64,000 nt of DNA from Podarcis pityusensis (lineage: Eukaryota), in the NCBI GenBank assembly GCA_964106645.2, contig OZ067043.1. One strand, given 5' to 3'. The notes below the pieces were generated by a model. That model saw only the letters and a program-made list of their open reading frames with translations, was not told the origin of the DNA and searched no databases. Made by a program: the position numbers and the translations under genes. Each line of letters begins with the position of its first letter. The stretch's first letter is position 1. Shown here in pieces: positions 1 to 11,649 of this stretch.

Positions 1-559
1 TATAAGTCCACACTACAGAACTTGAACCTAAGTCTCGATCTTGTTCACTCATCTTATAAAATCTCCACAAGGATTGTTTCATAACAATATACTAAAACCT
101 TGCCCAAAGAGTTTGAAAATAAACGAATACCATTTGGCCATATGGAAAATCTAGAACACCTGTGAGAAGTTTGTTGAGAAACACTCTTATAAATGGTGTA
201 TTTTCTTTTTAAGGTTGACAGATTTCATCTTAGTCATCGTCATCTGTCTGATTAATTTGTTACTTGCAAATGAACTGGGCACAAAGTGCACTTGTATCCA
301 AGTTATGCATTTGAAGGCACTTTTTTTGGAATAGAAGCATATGATTCAGCAAGTTCTTCTGAGAAGGTTTCACATAATTATATTTTTTTTCACAGAATCT
401 AAACTTACAGACTTGCTCACTCTAAGTGATTACATAAGATCCTGATGGAACTTTACAACAATCTGGCCTAGCTCTTGCAGAGGCAATGTTGCAGAGCTTT
501 CACTCTCTGGTCTGATGCAGAATTCTGGGTGCATCTGCATCTCTCATTCAAGTCTTTTA

Positions 560-720
560 TTATCATTACTCGTCCTTCTTTAGGAGTGCAGAATTGAGCT
601 ACCTCCTCTTTAGCTTCACAGCAACTCTGTGGAGTAGCTTATTCTGGGGGGAAAGTGACTGGCCCACTGTGCCTTGAACCCAGAGTTCACCAGTCAATGT
701 CCAATACTAAACCACACTGC
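560..720 (-). mobile_element. Old MIR/CORE-like SINE remnant
   Basis: CTTCACAGCAACTCTGTG...GTGACTGGCCCA...TTGAACCCAG resembles a reverse-strand CORE SINE. Degraded; boundaries approximate. Confidence 0.55.
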
Positions 721-887
721 CTCTCTCTCTTTGTTGTTTTGCATTGTTTAGGCTGCAAAATGGTGGTGAGATATGTGTCTAATTAAACACATAGTCTACC
801 TGTGCACAGACTATTAATAAATCACCCACAATTTCCTGTTGATATTCCTCGGAGACATTTGCATTTAGTTATTTTCCTTCTTAATGG

Positions 888-1230
888 GGGAGCCTGGATA
901 GCTCAGTTGGTTAAGAATGTGGTGCTGATAATGCCAAGGTTGCAAGCTTGATCCCTGTATGGGACAGCTGCATAGTTCTACATTGCAGGGGTTGGACTAG
1001 GGACTCAGCTATATTAGTAAATAAAGAGTGATTTGAATGCGTTATAAACATGCAACACCAGGTGGCGCCACATAGCAGGAAATTTTAAAACATGATTTTC
1101 CATAGGGATTTTTTTCTTTTGTTATAACAATCTAATTTCTGACTTATTCATAGCATTTCCCTCCCTGTGTTTAGATCCACCCTAGATGATCCTCAGGGTC
1201 CCTTCCAACTCTATGATTCTATGATTCTAT
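888..1230 (+). mobile_element. tRNA-derived SINE with CR1-type 3' tail, interrupted by a nested insertion
   Basis: A box TAGCTCAGTTGG and a degenerate B box. The CR1-like end GTTGGACTAG/ATGATCCTCAGGGTCCCTTCCAACTCT(ATGATTCT)n is split at 1000-1182. Confidence 0.8.
1000..1182. mobile_element. Short non-autonomous DNA transposon (Harbinger-like) nested in the SINE
   Basis: The host reads GGACTAG|ATGAT once the insert is removed. CTA/TAG is duplicated at both ends. Imperfect TIRs GGGACTCAGCTA / TAGATCCACCC. Confidence 0.65.
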
Positions 1231-1895
1231 TTATACATCCTAGACCCTGAATATATTTTGTCACAGCCATCCAGTTGCAGGTGCCTTTTGGCAAGTTGTT
1301 TGGAAGTGTTGTGCTATTCTGTTATTTAAGTGTCTCTGTGTCGTCTTTTAAATTTTTAAACAAATGTTTTGATGCACATTAATTTGGAGGGCTATGTTTA
1401 CATAAATACATTTTGTTTGCTTCTGTGTCCCTCCGCTTTTTGGTCCATGTGTGTCTTTCTGCAGTGCTATTTCTCATGGACACAGATCTGTAGCAGTCAT
1501 ATGAACTACACGAGGAAATATTTAATAGGGTTTTTGTGGCTCTGTGATATCTCCATACAGATTGGCCAGAGGGTGTTGCCAGAGGTTTAAAAGTTTATGC
1601 TTTAAAAATATTATTTCCCTGAACAACAAAGCTGTCTCTACAGGTGACCAGCTCTCTTACTTGGCCTTGAGGATACTGTCCAAGAGTCTAAGAGTTGACA
1701 TTAGAGCTGAGGGATACAATTCCCAAAGGAGCTATGTTGGGTGAGCGATTATCTCAGTATTCAGGAAGCCCTAATGAGGACACACATACAGTTGGGAGAC
1801 TTTTCATATAGGTAAACTGCACTTGCTACTGCCTTTGCTATTACTGGCTGCCAGAATATTTATATAGACACATACCCACAAAAGTGCTTGCACTT

Positions 1896-1898
<3 letters not shown>

Positions 1899-1930
<32 letters not shown>
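1899..1930. repeat. (GT)16 microsatellite
   Basis: Directly visible. Confidence 0.95.
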
Positions 1931-1932
<2 letters not shown>

Positions 1933-2958
1933 TCTTGGGAGGAAAATGCATTTACTTACCTTATATAAAACCTTACATTATGTAAAATATAAAACTTCCT
2001 GCGAAATGTACATGAGAAATGAGCTTATCTGATATTCAGTTGCAAACCCTGGTGTGTGTCCCAGGTTTTTTCCTTTTCTCTCCCTAAAAGTGTAGTACTG
2101 AATGCAGTTTTGCTACCGTCAAATCCATCTTCTTCCTTGCTATGAGATGGTTTAATACAGCCAATAAGCCACGCCTGGCCATGTAGAGATCACTGGAACT
2201 GAACAGATTAATGAGCTCTTGAGACGCCATATTATAGCAAGATAATGATTTAGCTGAAGTTTTTGGATCACACCTTGGAGAACTAAAGTATATTTAAGGC
2301 CTACTGCTGTGCTCCCAAAACTGTGGCATGTGAGGCGAAGCAGAATAGTCTGCCGTATTTGGCAGCACTAATGATGATGGCTGCAAAGCTGCGGCCACTA
2401 CAAACCTGCTGGGTTTTTATGAATCTGGCCTCTGGTACTGGCCTGGCTGGAGATGACTGAAGTCAGACTTGGGAAAGACACATATGGCTTGAAGAAGCTA
2501 AAGAGCCAAGAAATTTGGCAACAATGTAAGAAAACATTTAGGGAGGAAGAAAAACAGATAGCCACTGGTATATGTGGTTTTAATGCATAAGAACACAAAA
2601 AAGCTATTTTGGATCAGACTAAACATCCACTTAGTCCATCCTGTTTCCCTCAACAGGACCTGAGCCTAAAATGGAGGGTCTGACAGCATTAGCACCCTAA
2701 GGGCCTTGCTTCCCTCATAGCCACAGCCTTGGATTCAAACAGAAATCGAACATCACTCTAACTCTCTCTCCAGCTTGCTGCTTTTTCCTCTAACTCACAT
2801 CACTGCAAAACTCTCTGCCCTCAACTCTGGCTTTGTCTTTCTAACTACCTGCCAGTTGAGGGAGGGGCCTCACCCATTTCTTTGTTCCCTTAATGGCCCA
2901 TTACCCACAAGATTCCCACATCAGGAAACTAGTGTGGCTCTCTGCATACAGTCTACTC

Positions 2959-3214
2959 CAGGGGTCAGCAAACTTTTCCAGCAAGGGGCTGGTCCACTGT
3001 CCCTCAGATCTTGGGGGGGGCAGACTATATTTTTTTGGGGTGGGTGGGAAATGAACGAATTCCTATGCCCCACAAATAACCCAAAGATGCATTTTAAATA
3101 AAAGGGAACATTCTACTCATGTAAAAACACGCTGATTCCCGGACCGTCCGCGGGCCAGATTGAGAAGGCGATTTGGCCAGATCCAGCCCCCGGGCCTTAG
3201 TTTGCCTACCCATG
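2959..3214. mobile_element. hAT-family MITE
   Basis: Perfect 8-bp TSD GTCTACTC (2951-2958 and 3215-3222). TIRs CAGGGGTCAGCAAACT / AGTTTGCCTACCCATG. Confidence 0.9.
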
Positions 3215-3224
3215 GTCTACTCGT

Positions 3225-3420
3225 TTTCCCCAAACTCATAACAATATAATTTCTGAGGTGAGGAAACCAGAAAAGTATGCAGCATTCCAAATGTGTCCCT
3301 ACTATAGATTTGCATTATGATATTGTCAATTTTATTCTCAGTCCCTTTCCTAATGATCCCTAGCATGGAATTTACCTTCATCACAACAGCTGCTGCATAC
3401 TGAGTTGATATTTGCATGCT
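3225..3420 (-). mobile_element. CR1 LINE ORF2 fragment
   Basis: Minus-strand translation QYAAAVVMKVNSMLGIIRKG matches the CR1 ORF2 C-terminal pattern QCAAAxKKANxMLGxIxxG. Confidence 0.8.
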
Positions 3421-3683
3421 TCTCTTGCATCTTACTCTTATTATATGTACTGATCATTTTTATTTGGAAACAAAAGCGACAGAGAGGGACCCTTGAGACA
3501 TCCATGTGATTTTACTGAATCTCTTGAGCCTGAAACAACACTCTCTCCCCTCCAATCCCCAAAGAAAACAAATTAGCAAAAGAAAGTATCAAACAGCACA
3601 CCCCTACACAAATCTACATACTCAAAAGTCCCATTGTACTCATTGGGGCTTACACTCAGTTATAACTGTGTGTAAGTTTGCAG

Positions 3684-3953
3684 GACAGATCGTGAAGTTG
3701 AGGCTCCAATACTTTGGCCACCTCATGAGAAGAGAAGACTCCCTGGAAAAGACCCTGATGCTGGGAAAGATGGAGGGCACAAGGAGAAGGGGACGACAGA
3801 GGACGAGATGGTTGGACAGTGTTCTCGAAGCTACAAACATGAGTCTGACCAAACTGCGGGAGGTAGTGGAAGATAGAAGTGCCTGGTGTGCTCTGGTCCA
3901 TGGGGTCACGAAGAGTCGGACAAGACTAAACGACTAAACAACAACAACAAACA
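3684..3953 (+). mobile_element. 5'-truncated Bov-B (RTE clade) LINE
   Basis: Encodes LRLQYFGHLMRREDSLEKTLMLGKMEGTRRRGRQRTRWLD, has a (CAA)n tail, and a 10-bp TSD AAGTTTGCAG (3674-3683 and 3954-3963). Confidence 0.93.
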
Positions 3954-4549
3954 AAGTTTGCAGCCTAAAGGGTGGAAGAGTACATATTAACATTAGGAAA
4001 AATCAAAGGCTCCAATAATGAAGAAAGCAAGGAAGAACACCAGCTAGTATGTGAGACGTTGACATTTGTCAAAAAAGACTGCAGGAAGGTCGGCTGGGTA
4101 CAAATGTCCACATCGAGATAACAAGAAACAGAACACCAGTTAGAGACAGTCAGTATTGGAAGATGATATCAGATACAGAGTGCAGTCTAGCTCTTCAGCA
4201 TTGGGTAGGGACTGATGCCCAGGGCTGGAGGGGAGGGTGATAGGCTATTCTGCTTCCCAGGGGTGCTGCCAGATTGAACAGATGTTTCTCATGCACATAA
4301 CCTTTTTCCAGTATCCGCAATACATTACTTGCATAAAAAGGCCAAGCCTGCATGAGTTCTGGATTTAACCTTTCTGGGGGAAATCTGTTAAGTTTAAACA
4401 AACATACAAACAAACAAACAAACAAACAACTGTTGCCAACAACCCATTTACAATATTAAGCCTTCATTTCAAAGCACCCCAAGTTACACCCAGCAGATGA
4501 GCAGAGCTATTTCAAATTCTCCTCAAATTCAAATGAGATTGCAGAGAAG

Positions 4550-5450
4550 ACGGATGGTGTTATTTTTTTGCATCCAGACTTTACAGTGGAAGATGTAGGG
4601 CTGTGCCTGAACTAACTTTCTCAGGAAGGGAGACAGAGGAACTGGGGAAATATTGGTGACTAGAAGCTTTATTAACAAATTAAAAACTGACTCTTTGCCA
4701 GGTCTAGATGGTATTCACCTAAGATTTCTTAAAGAACTAAAATGTGAAATTGCTTATCTCCTAACAAATATATATATAACTTGTCTCCAAGATCAGCCTC
4801 TATACTTGAAGGCTGGAGGAAACTGGCAATAGAACACCAATTTGTTTTAAAATAGAAAAAGACATCTAGAAGAGATCCAGGAAATTACAGGCTGGTTAGC
4901 ATAAAGTCTGTTTCAGGAAATCTGGTGGAAAGCATTATTATACAGTATATAGAATTACCAAGCCATAGAAGAACCAGTATGGCTTCTGCAAGGTACGGTA
5001 CTTGCTAACCTTTTAGAGTTCTTTTGAGAATGTCAACAACCATATAGATAGAGGTGAGGCAGTTGGCATTGTGTACTTGAATTTTCAAAAAGCTTTTGGT
5101 AAATTACCTCACCATAGACTCCAGAGTAAGCTTAGCAGTCATGGAATAACAGAAGAGGTCCTCTTATTGATCAGTAACTAGTTACGGAACCAGAAGAGAG
5201 TAACTAGGTAGTTCTCCCTATGGATGGATGCAGAAAGTTGAGACATTGAGATATGTCCTTTTAAACTTGTTCATTAACGATCTAGAGTTAGGGGTGAGCA
5301 GTGAGGTAGCCAGGTTTGCCGATAACACCAAATGGTTCATTAAGGATATTATAAAAAGTGATTGCAAGAATCTCTGCAAAGTGGGCAAATGGGCAGTAAA
5401 ATGGCAAGTGTGTAATTCAAATGTAAGCAAGCGTAAAGTGATGCACGCTA
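4550..5450 (+). mobile_element. Degenerate CR1 LINE reverse-transcriptase region
   Basis: Remnant motifs GNYRLVS (~4880), VYLNFQKAFGK (~5071) and LFINDL...FADNTK (~5267-5330), with many frameshifts. Confidence 0.85.
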
Positions 5451-5560
5451 TTGCTCCTTCAATATGTTGTGAGCCACTTTGGCCACAGTTTTGAGGGTAA
5501 GCGGCATACAAATTCAAATGACCAGTAAGTTCAGTGGAGTTTACTCCCAAATATTTTTAG

Positions 5561-5896
5561 CAGGGGTGGAGGACCCTTTTGAGCACAAGAGCCACATTCT
5601 ATCATGGACAACCTTTGGTGGCCACATGCAAGTGGTGTATGGCGCCAGAGGCAAAAGTGAGTCCTGCAATGGTTGTTACTCTAACCTTTGTACAGTAACT
5701 TACATTTCAGCTATAATAGGCTCCTCTCCAATCTCCATCTGGGTAAGTAAGAGGCATTACCACAGTTCAAGAACTCATTCCAGCCAGGCAAAAACTCTTG
5801 AGAAGGGCACAGAGAAGAGGTGTGGCCTGTGCATTGGTGTGACCTGCAGAGTGTCTTAAGAGAGCTCCAGAGGGCCTGAGAGATTCTCTACCCCTG
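5561..5896. mobile_element. Old hAT-like MITE
   Basis: Ends CAGGGGTGGAG / CTCTACCCCTG. No TSD recoverable. Confidence 0.45.
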
Positions 5897-6895
5897 GAGT
5901 ATAAAACTGAAGCCCATTTCCAGGGAAGGACCTGGCAGCCCTTAAGTGTCATGGAAATGAGTTGGCAAAGAAAGATTCTAGAAATCATCAAATGGCACTG
6001 TTCATTTTCATTACTGTGAAGTCATCTGGATTTGGCTCAAAAAGGAGGCAGTAATAGAAAGAAGCTTGGATGAACACTGGTTTGGTCACATTACAAACAC
6101 AGATAAGCCAGAGAGCCTGACTGTTAGGCAAGAGAGGATGAAAAAGGCCAAATGAATATGGACTGAGATAGACGGATTGATCTAGAGAGCAAAGCTAGTC
6201 AGGACTTGGCAAGTACCCTGTTTACGTTAAAAGGACAGATGGTCATAATGATGATTTCATTCTTTTCACAAATGTATTTTCTAATGCTTCAGGATAATAG
6301 CCAAGCTGTCTATGCATTTGTGGTTATGAGACCAAGATTTTAAAGAAAGGTCAATTTTCCTTTTAAGGGGGTATTTTTACTTTCCTGAGGATGTCTCCTG
6401 TTAGTTGTCGCTGTAAAAGGGGCATTGCATTGCTAGAATTATCCAGTCTAGAATGTCAATTGTTATGTTGATCTAGCTAGACATATTCTGCATGCTTCAA
6501 GTTGCCATATATTTCCCAGCTGTTGTTCCTGATATTTTTGGATTTGGTCTACAGAGAGCTTCAGCATTGTCAGACAAGCCCTTCACTCTGAGTGTCCCCT
6601 GCAAACAATAAAAGATCACACTATGTGATCAGAAGATTAACTTGCTATAGTGCCAACTCCTTAGAATGCAGATGCACCCTCCATCCGGATGAGCAGTGTG
6701 CATGTTGATCAGAAAGGGGGGGGAAGGAACACCAGTGAATTTTATTGACAAAAACAGAACTACTGCTATATAAATTCTAAAGGTCAAGATGTAGCATCTG
6801 AAAAGCAGGAATTGAATTTGCTTCTGTATGACAACCCTTTCTGTCAGATTTTGTTCTGAGAAAGCTACATGAATCCCCATGATGGTTGATCAAAG

Positions 6896-6982
6896 TATAT
6901 ATGTGTGTGTGTGTGTGTGCGTGTGTGTGTGTACTGTACACACACACACACACATACAGACACACGCACAAATATATATATA
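6896..6982. repeat. (TG)n-(CA)n compound microsatellite forming an imperfect palindrome
   Basis: TATATA(TG)n...GTACTGTAC(AC)n...ATATATATA. Confidence 0.9.
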
Positions 6983-7832
6983 GTATGTCCCACAAAATAC
7001 AGAAGGTTTTGGACTTAAATAAAGGGAAGTTCCACTGCAACTTTTTGTATATGATATTAATTTCCCAATTATCAGGACAAGCACTTTGGCCTCAGTCATT
7101 TATTCAGTTTATGGTCTTAACTGGGGCTCTGTAGTACATACTCCCTGGTCTTTTCACTGCATGCAAAGTTACTGTCATCTGATTATCACTAGTCAGGGTA
7201 TCAAGGGCCTTATTCCCAGCTGAAGGAAACTGACAGTCTGAGAGAGGCAGGAGGAGCAAGGGAGATGTTTGCATATGCCTGTACAATATGTTGGCTTGGT
7301 ATGAGAGTTGTAGCAGGACCAAGTATGGCATAGAAAAGAGAAACTAGCAGACATTCAGAACGCACCTTAGCTTAACACCATAACTGCTCCTTGGGAGCCA
7401 TCAGGGCTGTCAAATCAGAGGTGACTGTCAAATATGGAGGTGATTTTGGGTCTGCACGCGGTAGGTCGTCTTGTCCTCTTGCCCAACAGAAACGGGCGTA
7501 TTCCTAAGTTTTCCCTTAACTTGGCCAAATAGCCCTTTGGGCGTTTAAGGGGGGGCAGTAATCGACGTGGGGGCAACATGTTAAACCACTCTTCCTTGCG
7601 CGGCCCCGATCCAACTATCCCTGCCCTGCCTCCGTGGCGGCTTTTGAAACACACTTGCGACGCATTTATATAAAGGCCAAACGTACATGCTGAACCAAAC
7701 ATAGTACTGTACCAGAACCTCAGCCAATTCCACGTGGGCGATCATTTCTGGCCGCCGTTTGAGAACCCATCGCCCTTGTTTCTTCGCCGGCTCCTTCCTC
7801 TCTCCACCTTGTCCGTGCGCGCTCACACGCAA

Positions 7833-7878
<46 letters not shown>
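7833..7878. repeat. (AC)7(AG)16 compound microsatellite in the promoter
   Basis: Directly visible. Confidence 0.95.
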
Positions 7879-7883
<5 letters not shown>

Positions 7884-8531
7884 AGCGCCTTTGGAGCAAA
7901 GAAAACTCAGCTCTGGCGTCTGTGTGTGTGTTTGCGAGAGAGGAAACACTGAATTTCTTCAACTGTTTCGCCCTTAAACTTGGTGGGGGGTTGGGGGAAG
8001 GGGGCTCCGCTTTAGGAAAGACTTCCTGACCCTCGCAGGGCGCACCCCAGTCGGTTATCTCGGACGACAAGCTTCCCCTGGAGATTGTTATTATTGATAG
8101 TACTGGCAATTTGTTCAGGGGACACCACGTGTGCGGTGGCGCGGCGCCTCGGAGGTGGGCTTGCACACAGCCGGGCGACATCGTGCGATCCGGAGTCACC
8201 CCCCCCCTCCCGCTCCCCGACGCCTTTCCAGCAGCAGCAGCAGCGGCAGCCACCCACTCCCGCCACCCAGCACCACCCAGCTTGCCTGGCGGCGCGCGGG
8301 CTGGGCTGCGAGGAGAGGGGAGGTGCTGGCTCAGGCTCCGTCTCTTCTCCCTCCTCTTCCTCCTCTCCGATCCCCTTTCCCTGCGGGAGCGAGCGCTTTG
8401 CAAGGACAACGAAGGCTCTCGAGTGCGGGGCGGACGAGGCGAAAACACCCGCCCCCTTCCCTGCCCCGCGGTAAAGCCGGGCAGAAGCGCCCAGCAGCCA
8501 GCCAGCCATCGCCCTTTCTCCGCCAGGAGGC

Positions 8532-8591
8532 ATGAGCACCTGCGACGCCAAGGAGTATCTGGCCAAGAGGGAGATCCCGCAGCTTTTCGAG
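8532..8591 (+). CDS. AK5: AK5 coding exon 1 (MSTCDAKEYLAKREIPQLFE), ends phase 0
   Basis: ATG in context GGAGGCATGA inside a CpG island. The peptide matches the recalled vertebrate AK5 N-terminus (MNTNDAKEYLARREIPQLFE). Donor GAG|gtaaaa at 8592. 60 nt. Confidence 0.95.
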
Positions 8592-10881
8592 GTAAAAACC
8601 CTCCTCGCCAGCCGGTGGACCCCGGCAGCCGCTCACCTCTCGCCTCTGGGCGGAGCAAGTTCCCCCGAAGTCTAGGGGAGAGTCACAGGATGGAGAGGGG
8701 GGGGGGCGAGGCTGTGGGATCTAGGGCAAGGTGGGAGCACACGGAGCAAGGGCAGCTGCCCGGCATATTGAAGGGGCAAGGCTTGTTTCGAAGGGAGGAA
8801 TGTCACTTACTCCAGACTTCGCCTCTGACCTCTTTCACCTTCTTCCTGCACAGTTTTCCAAGATCTAAAACGATGGTTGCGGTCTTTTGCCCCTTCCATA
8901 GTACCGGCTGGGCATTCGTGATTTGGGCGACATACGAGACCCTACAGGCAGAGGGGGGAATTGGGGTAGTTAGTACGGCAGGGGAAAAGGCATCCTCCTA
9001 CCCCTGTCTGCTTGTTTTGGGTACCCAAATAGATGCCTTCGCTTACAGAACAGATTGTGCATCTTCTCAGCCCCCTGCCTGCTTCCTTTTGCCTTGCTCA
9101 CCTAGCCTGATTCTGCGGAGCAGAGAGGAGTTAACGTTGTCCTCCCACTCTACTTTTAATGGATCTGGAAGCTTTCTTGACTCCGGTTGCCTTGGCTCCT
9201 CTAGCTGCTTGTAAGGCAGCATTGATCCGACCTTGTGAGATGTGAATATGTGTGGAATTGGTGATCAGAAAAGCAGGAGGCAGGAATGTGTCATCTCCCA
9301 TGGCATTCTCTGAAAGCTCTACATATCTTGACTCCAGGGTGAATGGATGGAGCAGTCAGTGGAGATGCTGCTGCAGTTTATTTTCTCCTAGGTTGCATGC
9401 CTCATGCAGCCATGAATGTTGCTTCCTGTGATCAAAACTGTGATATTTAAAAGGGAACATGATTGGGTAGCTAAAGTGAAAAGACAAAGTCAGTTGCTTG
9501 TGCTACTTGAGACCTAAAGGGATTTGGTCTCAAGCATGTTCATCTGAACATTTTGGCACACTTAGGGTCCCAGTCTCCATTCCAAAGAGTATTTTCACTG
9601 TCATTGCGTCAAATCTGTTTAATGAGAATTTTTAACCATAACATAAATTCTCCCTTCCCTCTGCTGGTGTTTACATTTGTCTCATGGAATTCTTACTTTA
9701 GGGGATTCTCTAAGAAATATATCTTTCTTTTCAGCAAATGACTGAAAATACCTAAGATGAATGCTGCATTTGTGACTTATTTAAATGTTTAAATGGGTTA
9801 ATTATAATTAACCCACTTGTAGTATCTGAACATAACAGTAAATCACAAATGCTACATGCAGAGAAGTTTAGAAAACTGTAAGATGTTTTTATACAAACAC
9901 TATTTTTGTGTATTAAGTTATAGATTATAAATAGTAAAATTACTGGTAGAATAGTTTTGGGGAGTGCAGTCCTATACATGTCTACTCAGAAAGTAGATCC
10001 ATTGAATTCAATGGAAAGTGTGTATAACAGTCAAGCTAACACCCTAATCGTTTCAAGGTGCCTATGTTATTGCTATGCTATTGTTATGTTATTAATCATT
10101 ATACAACATATCTAATATCTAAGTATCTTACAATCTATATTCTTGCTTGTTGTCACAAAAAAATCAGTATGATAGGTCACTCTTACTCCCATTTAAGCGT
10201 TATAAACATGAGGCAGTGGGATTACATGGGAGCTTTTGATGTTTGATACAGAAGGACTAAATTTGTGCCAGGACAACATAGTTTCTGCTGCAATTAAAAA
10301 GATGATTCTACTATGTACATTAATTCATGCAAATGAAGGACATTTTGATATATTTGCTTATTTTGCAAATATCCACTCATTATTTGTTCTCTCTTCTGGT
10401 CATAGAGAAGAGTGAGAAACTAAGTAAGGCTCTACAGACTTGCCCAATAGTTATCTTGCTCAATTGTCTTACTATTCACCTATGCTTCTGATGTTTCACT
10501 ACACTTCCCCCACACTTTCTCTACTGTTTTCAAAGCTGTAAGACACAGGTGTGGAACCCAAGATCTGATCTCATACAGGCAGGAGTGGAGGGAGCCTTAG
10601 GTGGGAGAGAATGGAAGTAGGGATGGGAAATGGGAAAGCAGAAATAAATAGAAGGATGGAAGGAGGAGGGAGGTATTAGCGTAGACCTTTGGCAAGAATG
10701 GTATGTTCTTCCTTTGGCATCCTGTTGTGCTGGGAGGAAGAAGGGAGGGACGGGGAGACTATTCCCCTCCACACACTGCTGTAAGGGCTGGAAACTTTTA
10801 AAAACCAATACAAACAGGGACATTGACAGGATGTTGACTTTTACACTGAACAGCAGAATGTGCACAGGTTTGTTCATAATA

Positions 10882-11247
10882 AAGGTAAAGGTAAAGGTAG
10901 CCCTGCCCGTACGGGCCACTCTTGCCAGACTCTAGGGTTGTGCGCTCATCTCACTCTATAGGCCGAGAGCCAGCGCTGTCCACAGACACTTCCGGGTCAC
11001 GTGGCCAGCGTGACAAGCTGCATCTGGCGAGCCAGCGCAGCACACGGAATGCCGTTTACCTTTCCGCTGGTAAGCGGTCCCTATTTATCTACTTGCACCC
11101 ACCCGGAGGTGCTTTCGAACTGCTAGGTTGGCAGGCGCTGGGACCAAACGACGGGAGCGCACCCCGCCGCGGGGATTCGAACCGCCGACCATGTGATCGG
11201 CAAGTCCTAGGCGCTGAGGTTTTACCCACAGCGCCACCCGCGTCCCC
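10882..11247 (-). mobile_element. Full-length Sauria SINE in intron 1
   Basis: Reverse-strand tRNA-like head (GGGGATTCGAACC B box) and (ACCTTT)n tail. Perfect 13-bp TSD TTTGTTCATAATA (10869-10881 and 11248-11260). CpGs intact, so probably young. Confidence 0.92.
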
Positions 11248-11649
11248 TTTGTTCATAATAGTTAGCATGAATTGTTATACAGATTTGACATAATAATTTG
11301 ACAAGTTGCATTGTAGCAATCAAACTGTTTTGGCTGGGATGTGTGTGTGTTCTTTCCCCTCCATCCCTGTGTCTATCTTTTATTTTCTGCAACATACCAA
11401 CTTCTTATATACTTTAATGCAAGCTGGTTCCATAGTGGAGGAGGATGTTAATCAATGACGCAAGTTAAAACTTTTTTTAAAAATTCAGTTTTTAAAATTC
11501 TCTTTGATTAGCATCATGCCCCCACATTTTGAATTTGTTGCCCAGGATATAATATCTCTCTCTGCTGGCAGCTGTCATCTGGAGATTTGAAGCAACTCTC
11601 ATCTCGCTGTACCATCTGAATTGAGAAAGACAGTCTAAGTGGTGAATTG

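Larger units (their letters stand above)
7450..8800 (+). promoter_or_regulatory. CpG island / AK5 promoter and 5' UTR region
   Basis: Abrupt rise in GC and CpG density around exon 1. TTTATATAAA at 7665-7674, CCAAT near 7724, CACGTG E-boxes at 7731 and 8126, GC box near 8426. The transcription start site cannot be fixed from sequence. Confidence 0.85.

Noticed and set aside
888-970. tRNA-like sequence (similar heads at ~49600, 52058 and 63648)
   Set aside because: No complete cloverleaf, and each runs into a SINE body or tail. These are SINE heads, not tRNA genes.
3506-3937. 143-aa ORF, and the 138/140-aa ORFs at 34901-35351
   Set aside because: Truncated Bov-B ORF2 ends and their antisense frames, not host genes.
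1-7400. Exons of an upstream neighbour gene (PIGK in mammals, from memory)
   Set aside because: No recognisable coding exon was found; the region reads as repeat-rich intergenic DNA.
7805-7825. Possible REST/RE1 silencer in the promoter
   Set aside because: Only the CACGGACA half-site matches (minus strand); the left half needs a gap and several mismatches.
7720-9214. Long ORFs over the promoter (8111-9214 +, 367 aa; 7720-8658 -, 312 aa; 8012-8566 -)
   Set aside because: They have non-ATG starts and low-complexity Arg/Pro/Gly/Ala content, as expected from stop-codon scarcity in a CpG island. The true frame is the 60-nt exon 1.
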